Translations under genes and position numbers: made by a program
Assembly: GCA_040954595.2 (NCBI GenBank)
Contig: CM082578.2
Span: 9,595,519-9,659,518 of the forward strand
Direction: 5' to 3'
DNA from: Balanoglossus misakiensis
Lineage: Eukaryota; Animalia; Hemichordata
DNA: 64,000 nt
Shown: piece after piece, positions 52,811-64,000 of the stretch
Position numbering within the stretch: the first letter of the stretch is position 1
How the letters are laid out: every line of letters starts with the position of its first letter
The notes under the pieces: model-generated
The model's database searches: none
Seen by the model: the letters and a program-made list of their open reading frames with translations, nothing else
Told to the model about the DNA's origin: nothing

Positions 52811-54679
52811 ATGGAGGTCTCTTCCAGTCACGCGCCGCCCCTGCAGAACCTCTGGAAAATGTACAGAGAGAAGAGCCTGTGCGATGTGGTCTTGGTGGTG
52901 TCGGGTGTGGAGTTCCCAGCCCACAGGGTCATCCTGGCGGCGTGCAGCGACTACTTCAAGGTCATGTTCACCAGTCAGATGCGGGAACAGCACTTGGAGC
53001 GGGTGGAACTGAAGAGCGACCAGCTGACTGTGGAGGCGGTGGAGGTGCTGCTGCAGTACGCCTACGCGGCAAATCTGAGCCTGAGCCCGGAGAACGTGTT
53101 CGACGTGCTGACCGCCGCCGACCACCTGCAGGTGGTCTCGGCGGTGGAGAAGTGCTGCCAGTTCGTCGTCAGTTCGTGCCTGCGGACGCAGAAGATGCGG
53201 GTCTCCGAGTGCCTCTCTGTCACGGTGTACGCCGACAAGTACAGCCACCTGGAGTACCTGGGAGACAGCCTGAACAGTACGCTGGCTACGAACTTCGTGA
53301 AGCTGATGCAGCACCCCGAGACTTACGGGATGTTGAGTTTTGAGAGGCTGGGCGCGATCCTGGACTCGGACGACCTGAGCTGCCCGTCGGAGGTGCAGAT
53401 TCTGCAGGCGGTGCTGAAGTGGCTGAGAAGCGATCCGGGCAACCGCATGCAGTACGCCACGCGCATCCTGGGCAAAGTTCGACTGGGGTTGGTGGACAAG
53501 TACCGAGTGGCTGATCTGCTGGATGCGGAGGACCTTCAAAGTATTCCCGAGTGTCGGGAGTTGTACCACAGGGCCATGGTTTACCATGCGTTGCCAGACA
53601 GACAGCCTGGTCCCAACGAGATGAACAGGGCCAGGGGATGCTCCATGGTGAGTTGTAGAGATGGGTTTGGATGGGTTTGCAATAACAACATACAATATTT
53701 TATAGAGAATACTTGAGAGTGTTTTCTAACGTTTCTTCTCATCCCTTTGCAGGCATTGTTGGCAATCAACACCGTGGTCATGCAGTATTACGACAGGAAC
53801 GTCATGATGTGGCTGACCATGCCCAACTTCAACAACCACTCCACCGGCAGACAGATCACCGGCTACAATCCACCAGCCGCTGCCCACCAGGGCAATTTCC
53901 TGTACGTCGCTGGCGGGAACATCCAGGGACCGACCAACGCGCTGAGCCGCTACGACATCGGGAGGAACTCGTGGGAGAACCTGGCGTCCATGAAGTCCTG
54001 TCGCTTCGCCTTCCGTCTGTGTATATTCGACGGGTACATGTACGCCGTCGGGGGCTACAGCGACTCCGGCTACCTCTCCCACAACAACGTGGAGAGGTAC
54101 TGCTTCAGGAGCGGACACTGGCAGTTCATCGCGCCGCTGGAGCAGCCGCGGTTTCACGTCGCCGTGGCCCACCACAAGGGCTACCTGTACGCGGTCGGCG
54201 GTCAGAAGGACAAGTTCACGGCCGTCCGCGAGGTGCAGCGCTTCGACCCACGCAGCAACTCGTGGGAGAAGGCGAGTCCTACCAAGTACCCCCACACCCA
54301 GGCGGCCGCGGTGGTCGTCGGGGGCCGGCTGTACATCGCCGGCGGGAGGACGAACGGCCCCGAGAGGAACAGCGATCTGGTCAACTGTCAACAGGTGGAG
54401 GTGTACGACGATCTCAGCGGCGCGTGGTCTGTCGTGCCGCAGACGTTCGTTCCGATGTGTAACAACCTGCCAGCCGTCGTCATTGATGGGGAGGTGTGTT
54501 ACGTGCTGAGTGGGTTCTGCTACAGGACTGGGATCAGAGCCGCCGAGGACCAGGTGTACCCCTTCGATCTGGACGACTTGCAGAGCATCACAAACTACAT
54601 CAAAGGGTTGGCCGTTGTGTGTATTCCGGTAAACATAGAGAGACTGACTTCTTCTGAGTGCAGGAACAGCGAGGTGTGA
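52811..54679 (+). CDS. Kelch-like BTB-BACK-Kelch protein (Cullin3 substrate adaptor), 587 aa, 2 coding exons
   Basis: Exons 52811-53647 and 53753-54679 (ATG|GTGAGT ... ccctttgcag|GCA, phase 0). BTB LCDVVLVVSGVEFPAHRVILAACSDYFKVMFT; BACK SEVQILQAVLKWL; Kelch blades LYVAGG, MYAVGG, LYAVGG, LYIAGG, CYVLSG plus a degenerate first blade. Acceptor at 52784 and candidate 5'UTR donor TAG|GTAAGT at 52230/52231. Confidence 0.88.
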
Positions 54680-56732
54680 CCCGATCACCACCACCTACAT
54701 TTACATCTTATGGCAGCTATGTGGTATACAAGTATGAACTTTGCAGTGTGGTTGTACATTGTGGGATAAAATTCATTGTTACATATGGGCTTTGGTGCCA
54801 CAAACTGATATATTTACCATGTGTTGTACATATAGTTTAACTCTTTCGTGACATATCAGTAGTTTGTTTTCTCTGATGAAGTCTGAAATATTTTGATGCC
54901 ATATCTTGCATTGATGTGCCAAGTGCACATGACTGGAAATCAGTCTTGAGTTTGACATAACCATCATTATTTGGCTATTCAGGTGCTTCCATTTGCAAGA
55001 GGGGTAGCACTAAGACATGACATATTAGGAGTTAAGAGGTGCTAATGAGTGATGACAAGAAGTCTGACTGGCTTTGGACTCATTTTTAATTTCATTGAGA
55101 AAACAGTCAATTTTTACCAGGCTGAGCGCAAATGTACAACATTATGTATGTATCACATAAAAGTGATAAAAAGAAAGAAAATTGGAGTTACGACATTCAT
55201 TCACTGTACTTTTACATAGCTTCATCATTATCTGACATATAAAAATAAAGGTTACTCATCAGAATGTAAATATGTTGTCCTTCTGTAGTTTGAAAGATGG
55301 TGAGTCTGTCAAATAACCATCGTTCACGTACACAACTGAGCTAGACAGAATGGCATGATGGCACTACACTGGTGTCAGCTTGCCGTGAAAATGGGAAGTA
55401 CATGTGTACATGTATGTCCACTCCTGCATGTTGACTGAAAGTCACACTGCAGTTGTACACGTGTAGAAAGATTAATGTGAACAACCCTTCAGGTGTCATT
55501 GTGGAAATGAAGACAGAGATTCCTCATTTGGATACACCTACATGTAAAATGTGAAAAATGCCCTAATATGGAGAGGGAATTTATGGGAACAACATTTTCA
55601 GACCAAACAGCAGGCCTTTGTGCGAATGAATATTCATGTCCTTACAAGAACAGACAGTCGCAGCTCGCTATGTCTGGCAGCGCGTCCTCTCAGCCTTCGA
55701 ATGCAGGCCCAGCGCGCCGGCGCAGTGCACACTGGGGTCCAGTATCTACAAATCTACACTGCTGAAATACATTCAGTGAATGGTGAACAAAAACTCCAAC
55801 AATTCTATTTTACAATGATACCGGTGTTCATTCGAGTTGTAGTTGTTCATTTTAACTTTTAACACTGTAAACATTCCATAAAAAAAACCTATTTCACACA
55901 AGTAAAATGAATCACTGATCAGAAGATGGTCACATGATTACGATGTAAAAGAAAAGAAAAGAAAATGCACGAATGACCATTCTGAGACCTTGTTGCACCT
56001 TGTTGACGCATATGAACGTTCAATGCCCAATCACCACCTGATCTGGCCAGTCAGTTGAATTTATATACAATGTAGTGCCTAACTACAGTGGACAAGTAAT
56101 GCTTCAAAGATTGGCAGAAAACTCGGCTAAAAGACGAGTCTCGATGCTGTGTTTACATTTATCAAGGCTTGGTGATTGGCGTATTTCCATGGGAACGACG
56201 TTGCAGGTGATGGAAGCAGAGTTTGAGGTACTGTATGCTTTGCCACAATTGAATGAGAAAATCCATGAAATTCAGTCATTTTATCAGTTTGTCCAAATGA
56301 CCCCTGATTCTCAAGCATTTAGCATTTGGAGTCATTCGTAAATCTGCTTTGACAGATTTTATATGTTTGATAGTATGGCGAGCAGTCACCCCATGAAGTA
56401 TAATTACTCATTAAACAGTGATTTCACGAAATCAAATCAGCCTTTGCCATTTAGACTATCTCTGCACGTAGGACTACGTCTTAAAATCTGGAAATTCCTA
56501 ATCCGCGCTTCTTGAAATACTGTGTTGTTGTTTTTCCTTATAATGTAATGTAATGTAATGTATGTGTGAAAACAGTTACATACGTAAAATACAGCTGAAA
56601 TTGGAAGCCATAGTCACGAAATAAATGTCTGCACCATAATTCGAAGACAAGAAATTGGCATAAGACAACAATGGCACTGTCTGTGATTGGAAACTGGAAA
56701 ACGAAACTGTACATGTCATCTGCCAATGACCT

Positions 56733-59700
56733 TCACTTGAATTGTGCTTCCAGCTGGTCTAGCCTCCTCTTGATCTCTTTGCTGAGGGAAAGTGTGTTAA
56801 GAAAAATCAATTAAGTCGTCTGTCTTAAGAAATGGTAAATCAGGAGTGTGAATCTGAGCAAATGTTACTTTTTATGTTTTCAAACTATGTCGTTTTTCGC
56901 TATTTAGGTTTTAGACCCTAGAGAAGGCCTGTGTATGCTTGAAATGTTGGTAATGAAGATTTTTTTAACCATTGTTTCTTTGAACTTAACTTCTTATCTC
57001 AAGTCAATGTCTCAATCAAGCCACTGCATTTGCCAATTTTAGTTGTTTAACTGCTGATGGCACAGACCAACAAATGCTGTGTTAATGAATCAACGGTAAA
57101 GGTGTTACTGCTAATGTGTACATCCCTCTATGATGAGAGAACTGGTCACATCTCAGTCAAAGGATACATTTGTGTGGAAAGATGATACACCGGTTGCATG
57201 TTCTTGTTCAGCTCCTCACATTTGGCAATCAGCGAGTACATGGACTGCAAAGGAGAAGTTGAGACGCACTTGTGAAGGACTGGCATGTAAAGCGAAGACT
57301 GCATGGTGGAAAAATACTCATGTAGAGGCATGTAGTGAAAGCCTTGCCATTGACAAGGAATAATGCTCACACACAGATCATAGTAGCATTCTTAACACAT
57401 TTCTTTACAGATGAGGAGTTCTTTAGAATGAGATACAGACCTTGACACTGCTGTCAACTGTTTCACCCATCCTGTCAACAGAGTCTCTGTGAGTTTGCAT
57501 GTACCCGACACTGATGGCAGACATCTGAAAAGGACAGGGACACAAGTATCATCAGAGATCAGCATGTATCTTCAGTGGTACTTGCATCAAACTTTCTAAT
57601 TTTTGTAATAATGTTGTCAAAGGAATTCCTACAATATTTCCAGTAACTGTACACCTATTCTTCAAACATAACACATTTAATTGAAATTTGTCAATCCCAT
57701 ACTCTTTGTAATCAGGAATGTCAGAAACTGAGTTACCATACCAGGAGGGGCAGGAAGGTATTTCCAGCCATATAAATGCATACTAGGGTGAGCAACATGA
57801 ACTTACATTGTGTAATGTTCCCTTGAGGTTACCCAGCATCAGGTCTACATTGTCAGCAACTCTGGTGGCTTGTTTTTCTAAATCTTCAATGATGGTTGGG
57901 TCTATCTTAGGAATTGCACTTTCATCTGGTGTAAATTTTGGCTGCACCAAAGGTTTTGACAGCTCTGGGCCTAGGAAGACAAAGAAAAATAGTATGTTAA
58001 AATAATATAAATATATGTACAAAACTGCACTAAAATAATGATATCTAGAAACATTCCACCGTCATGTCTACTCTTGATAACTTTGTAATGTAACTGTAGA
58101 TGCTGTTGTATGTCATTTTGACAACTGCACATCCTGTCATCCAAACAGGGATGAGTTCATAAATAGCCTTACGTTTTTACCAAGATGATGAATACACAAC
58201 TTTAAAGTTCCTGTCTTTGAATTTTTTACCAGAATATCTGTAGTCAGGGATGTAGAAAGATTGTGTTACAGGTGGCAAAAATGTAAACTAGCAGTTACAA
58301 GTAACATTTCTACAATATTGTGCATTAATTTTGTTTTTGATGGCAGCCAACTATTTTCTACATCCCCGACCATGATGAAACAGTGCAATCTCTTTTTCAG
58401 TATTAGTGTCTTACAGTATATAGTATCCAATACTCAATGCCATCAAGGTTTCACTGACTGGCCTGAGCATGAAAATTCCACTGATCTCAAACCAAAGTAC
58501 AATCACTTAAAAAGAAAACTTGACAACCAAACTCTCCGTTTCCTTTCTAGAAATTAATGATATCAGATTGATAATTTGCATAACATTGTAATTGTCATGA
58601 TGATGAGTTTCTACAGTTTTCTTAAAATTTAAAGGTATCACTATCAGTTGATGATAACTTTAAGTTTATACTCAATTGCTCTGGATAGAATCCTATTGTC
58701 TGATTTTGCTCTGTGATCAGATACATCTGAGTTCAGAATGGAATATTCATTTACTCAGTATTGAACCAGTTCTTGCTATAATTGAGAAACACAGTCAGCA
58801 AGTTTTTTAGTAAAAAGCTCAGTGAAATAAGGGTTAGAAACAAGGGGATAAGCAGGCAAATGCTACCACATGAAACAGTTATAGGGTAAGTTTTAAGCTG
58901 GTCAAAGAACTAAAGGATCTGCATGTTTTTCTTCTATTCTACGTGTAGAAGTCAGTAGAAGACTGCAAGGATACAGTCAGTATTAGTAAAGCACTGGATT
59001 TCACTCATCAAAACCTTTCAAAATGCACCAATGGGTATTCCCGAAGACATTCTTTTTGGCAAAAAAAAAATAGACATGGATTATTGAAATGGGCATAATG
59101 CATGTGCAATTAGCATGGAATGGTTCATTTAACTTTTTAGTGGCATTTTTTTTCTCAGTACAGTTCATCGTCTTAAATGAAAAAAATGGTTGCATATTGC
59201 CAGCATCATCAATGTCAAATGCACAAAAATTGTTATAATTTACAAAAGCATCAGCAGTTTCCAAAATACCGGAAAATAAAATAGTGTTGACAAACTTTAT
59301 TAAGGCATATCAGCTTTGGTAGTCGCACTATGTCTTGTTGAAGACAGCAGCAACAAAATTTGAGTAAATGACAGCATATACAGATCCTAAAAAAACTTTT
59401 GCATTGTTTAAAGTCCCATATTTGTTGACAATATACTTTGTCTGTGCATGGAACTCTTCATTGGGAAACAAAAGTTCACCTGTGCCTAACATATGCCTCC
59501 TCTTGGAGCTACCACAGATGATGCCCCTTATAGTCTTCAAGAATGCCCATGTGTGTGATGAGTTTTTGTTTCATATGGTTACTTTAGTCCACTAATGGGA
59601 AGCTTGAGTTGAGCAAAGACAGCATTTGTGTATGAAATGAAGGTAGCTTTGATAGGATATCCAAGCTGGGATTAGTGAAAAAAACTAGCCCGCCACCAAA

Positions 59701-60537
59701 AACCACTATCGACCAAGCTACTCAACTGTATCACATCATGCTAGGCTTACCACTGTACTTCTTAGAGCTAAAACTCTGTCGAATTTTCTCTTCTAAGTTA
59801 TCTGCTATAAAGGAGACCATGTCACCCTCCCGTATAACAGTGCCATGCAATGGTAGTGACCCTGCTGCAGACCCACAAGGGTCCTCTCTATCTCGCCACT
59901 CACCACCGCTGCTCGCTTCCCCAGTCGTCGACACATTCTCACATGTGTCCTTCGAGGTGTCTGCTGTCTGACTTTCAACTGCAGACTGCTTTTCATTGGG
60001 AGGTGTACTGACTTTTTCAATATCTTCATTTGTTTCACTTTCTTTTGTCGAGTCCTGGTGGGACAAATTCTGTTCGAGGTCCTCTTGCGCACAATTTGAA
60101 ACATTACCTACAGTATTTTCATCCGTTTCGTGGGAGTTATTATCAACACCGTTGTTTTCAATGCTAGGTTCACTGTTTACAAACACTTCCGCATGATCTG
60201 TGGTGGGCGGGGCACCCATTGAATTTGAAAGCCCATTTTCACTGCCCTGTCCGTCTGTCCCCGGTTGGTTTTCACTCAGGCGTTCTGCCTCCTCCAGTTC
60301 TTCCATTAACGTTCTTGCATTTCGCTCACATGGCATCCCACCTGTATCTGTAACCTGGTCACCATTTCCCTCTGGACTAGACTCGAACCCATTGTCGACA
60401 GCATCATATTCTTGATCTTGTTCAGCATCATCAACATCGCCATTGCAGTCCCCGTTCATCACTGGTAACATATCCGCCCCGTTCTGTTCATTCGATGGAG
60501 TTTCTTGCTGTTGTTCGTTCCGTGTTACGTCCTCCAT
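56733..60537 (-). CDS. BORCS6: BLOC-1-related complex subunit 6 (lyspersin/C17orf59), 386 aa, 5 exons
   Basis: Exons 60537-59751, 57970-57807, 57524-57441, 57244-57168, 56781-56733; phases 1,0,0,2 are consistent. Acidic disordered N-terminus, then GTVIREGDMVSFIADNLEEKIR, IDPTIIEDLE..VADNVDLMLGNL, MSAISVGYMQTHRDSVDRMGETVDSSVKSMYSLIAKCEELNKNMQPV..IKRRLDQLE, matching the lyspersin C-terminal domain as I recall it. Confidence 0.88.
56782..57167 (-). other. U12-type (minor spliceosome) GT-AG intron, last intron of BORCS6
   Basis: Minus-strand 5' splice site GTATCCTTT. Branch site TTTCTTAAC (plus coordinates 56804-56796) lies about 14 nt from the CAG acceptor. Phase 2; splicing restores the conserved frame. 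Confidence 0.85.
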
Positions 60538-61007
60538 GGGTGATAAATTTTGGAAACGACCATAAAATACTTATCCGTTTGGCGTGTTTTTAAATTCAAG
60601 GCAAGGGAGACGGGAAAATGTGAAAATTCCGAGTCGCCATCTCATCATTTACAATTTCGTCGCCATTTTGCAAAATTCTGACCTGCGCAATGCGAGCCTT
60701 TTCACGGCGTAGGAAAGACAAAATAAAAACTTGGCTAAATAGTATGCGTGTTTAGAAAATTATCATTTTTAATGAAAGTTAAATAATAACTTTCTGACAT
60801 TGTCGTTTATGGTAACTTTAATGGAAACTCGAGTGCATTTAATTGTTAATGAACTATCTTCTTGTACTGACATTGCGGATTGATACCATTATGAGGTGTT
60901 GCAAGTCACGCTGAGGTCATGACCTTTTCAGCACATGTCACCAGAGTTCACATGCTGCCATGCGAAGTGTGCAGACTGTTCAGATGTACAACAAGTGATT
61001 GATCAAA
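60538..61007. promoter_or_regulatory. Bidirectional promoter region shared by BORCS6 and NOL9
   Basis: Divergent start codons are 470 bp apart. The region is a local CpG-retaining patch with a YY1-like CGCCATTTT at 60661-60669, a second CGCCAT at about 60635, and an NRF1-like TGCGCAATGCG at about 60684. Confidence 0.6.
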
Positions 61008-63830
61008 ATGCCACGGAAGACGAAACACAAGAAAAGACATGATGATACAAGGCAAGTGATAGGTACTCTTTTAGTCAACGAACACATCGTGGTTTGATTT
61101 ATAGCCAAAGCTCAGTGATCACTGTAAGTTATTTACATCAATAAGTGTGTCTGCTTTGTAGACATGTAGACATCATTAAAATTTCTTGTACAACTTAAAA
61201 AAAACAGCATCACATCCTCTTTTTTGTCTGCAGGGGGGATTCTGGAAAGAAAGATTGCCCAAGTCATGCCAAGAAATCTAAGAGGGATGACTGTGTGAAA
61301 CCACAAGATGCTGAAGTTTTCATTGTGGATATGCATTCAAGTGATGCTGACACACACCAAGGCGACCTTCAGACGAGTGGAAAAGATGATTCGTGGCAAA
61401 AACTGCCAAAGGAAGAATCGAGAAAACAGCCTCGACAGGAAAGAAATTTGAAATATAAACAGTTAAAGCGGAATAAATCAGATGATGATGCTTTGAGGAC
61501 TTCTGACAGAAAAGAAGAGAATGCAGGAAGAACTCGATCAGAAACAGAGGAATCATTCAGAAAACCAGAGATTGAGTCGAGAGACTCAACAAGTCGCTAT
61601 AGATCAAAAACAAGTTCTGGAGGTGATGCTGACGGCGAAAGAAGTCCCCCCTCAAGAAGGGGTCAGAGTTCACCAAGAAGTGACTCGGACACTGGAGGCC
61701 GTAAGGGAGAGCAGAGGAATACCTCCAAAGATGTTGATAGCAGTTGTTTGAACCAAGATGCAAGCAACAGGAGAACTCCTCCCTCCAGAGGTCAGAGTTC
61801 AAGAAGGGATGCTGGAGACAGTCGTTTTCAGGGAGGACGTAATTCACCATGGAATCAGTCGAATAGAAGAGAAGTCAGTGAAGCAGACTTGAGTGGACTG
61901 AGGTAAAATGGCGAATTTAAGATGTACTAGTACATACTGGGCACTAAAACATCGCACTAACTTCTACATGTACCACATTTCAGTATTTTACCAGATATTT
62001 CCAGAAGTTCTGCATCAACCAGCATATGGTATTTTTAACCTATAATAGCTGATGTTTCCATTGTAGTATAGGAAAGTTGCAGGCAGATGATGGGGGACTG
62101 CTAGAGTCTGTCAACTTCCATTTTCAGCGAAGTTATTTTTTTGTCATATACAAAGATTCTTTCTGTCTGTAGTTTGGCAAGATTTCAAACACATCCCTTC
62201 TAAACCTTGTCAATGTTGCCATCCTCAGGTTTTACGAAACAGACCGACCCAATCAGTGCCTTGCAGTGCTGCAGTATCCGACCGAATTCCATTTCTATGG
62301 AAAGGTCTCAGCGGAAGTCATCCAGGGCTGTGTTGAAATCTTGGGGTACAGGATCTCGCCCGGAGAGAGCTTTCCGGTATTCTCTCCGTGCAGCACCTCG
62401 GCCATGGTGATGAGAGCAGTCAAGTCAAGTTCAGACGTGCCTCTGGAGAAATTACGAGAGACTCTGCAATCTGTGTTTGCCGACAGTGGCTTGGCAAAGA
62501 ATGTTGACCGTGTTATGGACCAGTGTAAGAAACACACAGCCGTTGTATTACTGAAAGCAGTTGAATGCAATGCCGTGGACTATGTCACCAGCTTTGAGTA
62601 TTACCACGATTTATTTGACAGGGGTACCACACCATTCAGGGTAAGATTGAATACAATTGAATACTTTATACCCAGTTGGAAAGCTTCTGAATATTTTTGC
62701 AATGTGCCAATTACTTTCACAACATGGTCCACCTTTGACCCTATCAAGAACTGATGCAGCAGAAGTGAATTGTGGGGAAAATAAAGATCGGTTAATGGTA
62801 ACCAATTTCTTTCTGCCAATGATACTCTGAAAACCAAACCAATCCATGTCCTTTTTCTCCAACAGAATAACACTGCTGCTAATCTCCAGGTGGCATCGTC
62901 CATCGGTCTTCACGTGCTCACTGAAGTAGGCAACAGAACCATGGATATAAGTTGGGATATGCGCCGTGTGACAGAAAGTGTTTTGAAGCACCCAGCACAG
63001 CCTCCGGTTATACTGGTGTGTGGAGGAAAGAATGTTGGCAAATCCACCTTCTGTAGATACCTCATCAATTCATTCTTGGACAAGTAAGTTATTGCTGTGA
63101 ATGTTAAGAAAACTTGAGGTTGAATTTGGCTTGTAATGCCAATTTACTTCAACCTGACAAAATGTAGCAAAGGCCTGAGCAGCGTTCTCATGCTTATGAC
63201 ATACAATCATTTTGCCATAAGTAAAGAGCGGTGGCTATAGTTGCTTTGATTACTCTGGGGAGATCACTGAATAAGCGACTGTAGAATCTGATATGTGGCA
63301 CTTTTATATTGCATTATCACAGACAGATTAGTGTTGGATTTTTGGAAGGTGATATCGGCCAGACTGAATTTACGCCATCAAGTGTCATTTCACTGACTGA
63401 AGTAACAGAACCATTACTCGGTAAGTTGAGCTAGGTGACAGAACCTTAAATGCACTATTACTCGGTAAACTACTGGAACTTGATAATAATGTGTTGAAAT
63501 CTGCCTTGATATATTTATTCAGCTCATTCATGCTCTTACTTCTTTTTCAGGTCCACCATTCTCACATGTAACTGAACCCAAATTGTAAGTCTTTACTTCT
63601 TTATATCATTCCATGGCATTTTCTTTGTTATCTCTTTTCATAATATGCATTAATAGATGGTTTTCATTTTAACTTGTCTTATTTCCATGGTTACAGCATG
63701 AGTTTCCTTGGTGATCTGAGTCCCCGAGATGATCCTAAGAGATACATAGAGACTTTTAACTACGTGTTTGAGTCTTACGACAGAAGTTGTGAAAAGCCGC
63801 TGATAGTGAATACTATGGGATGGAATAAAG
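61008..63830 (+). CDS. NOL9: Polynucleotide 5'-hydroxyl kinase NOL9 (Grc3/Clp1 family), 5' part; the gene continues beyond the window
   Basis: Exons 61008-61051 (GC donor), 61234-61902, 62229-62640, 62866-63083, 63323-63420, 63551-63584, 63697-63830 join in frame. P-loop VILVCGGKNVGKSTFCRYLIN; LEGDIGQTEFTP; EPLLGPPFSH; PLIVNTMGW. Confidence 0.9.
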
Positions 63831-64000
63831 GTAAATTAAAATCATAGAAGTGCTCGTGTACAGCAGACATTACATGTCTGATGATTTCTGTATTGTAAGA
63901 ATGCCAAGATCCAGATTCAAATGGAAAAAAAAAAAAAAAATTGTCTGTTACCTCAAACTTTTCAAATACCGGTGATGACAAATGGATTAAATGATTGTAA

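Noticed and set aside
52781-54694. Long antisense ORFs (304 aa and 322 aa) opposite the Kelch exons
   Set aside because: They mirror the sense codons of a GC3-rich gene and end near its exon boundaries; no domain features.
63421-63470. Partial duplication of the NOL9 exon end and donor (ATTACTCGGTAA) inside the intron
   Set aside because: Short local duplication; using the second donor would break the conserved frame, and there is no evidence of use.

Overview
This is eukaryotic (animal) genomic DNA with spliceosomal introns. It is most likely an invertebrate deuterostome; a hemichordate-like origin is an unverified inference from gene content, repeat style and mosaic CpG depletion. There are no prokaryotic features or CRISPR arrays. 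Six protein-coding genes can be reconstructed by hand: (1) a histamine H1-like GPCR with a single coding exon (29386-31194,+), preceded by about 29 kb of non-coding DNA that probably holds its 5'UTR exons and long introns; (2) a 7-exon, 1183-aa TRIM/B30.2 E3 ligase with unusual insertions (42938-47970,+); (3) a 2-exon FABP-family lipid-binding protein (48653-49627,-); (4) a BTB-BACK-Kelch protein (52811-54679,+); (5) BORCS6/lyspersin with 5 exons and a U12-type minor intron (56733-60537,-); (6) the 5' part of NOL9 (61008->63830,+), with a GC-AG first intron and head-to-head with BORCS6. Non-coding features include a solo LTR with 5-bp target-site duplications, several MITE-like elements, microsatellites and a three-armed intronic hairpin. 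The most notable observations are the TRIM architecture (vertebrate-style 96/234/23-bp exons, a 409-aa disordered linker, a Cys/His-rich SPRY insertion), the U12 intron, an AG|GTAAG recursive-splice-like acceptor plus an abutting uORF at the GPCR, and the intronic hairpin. All gene models are manual and need RNA-seq confirmation. I found no clear evidence of a wholly new multi-gene system.
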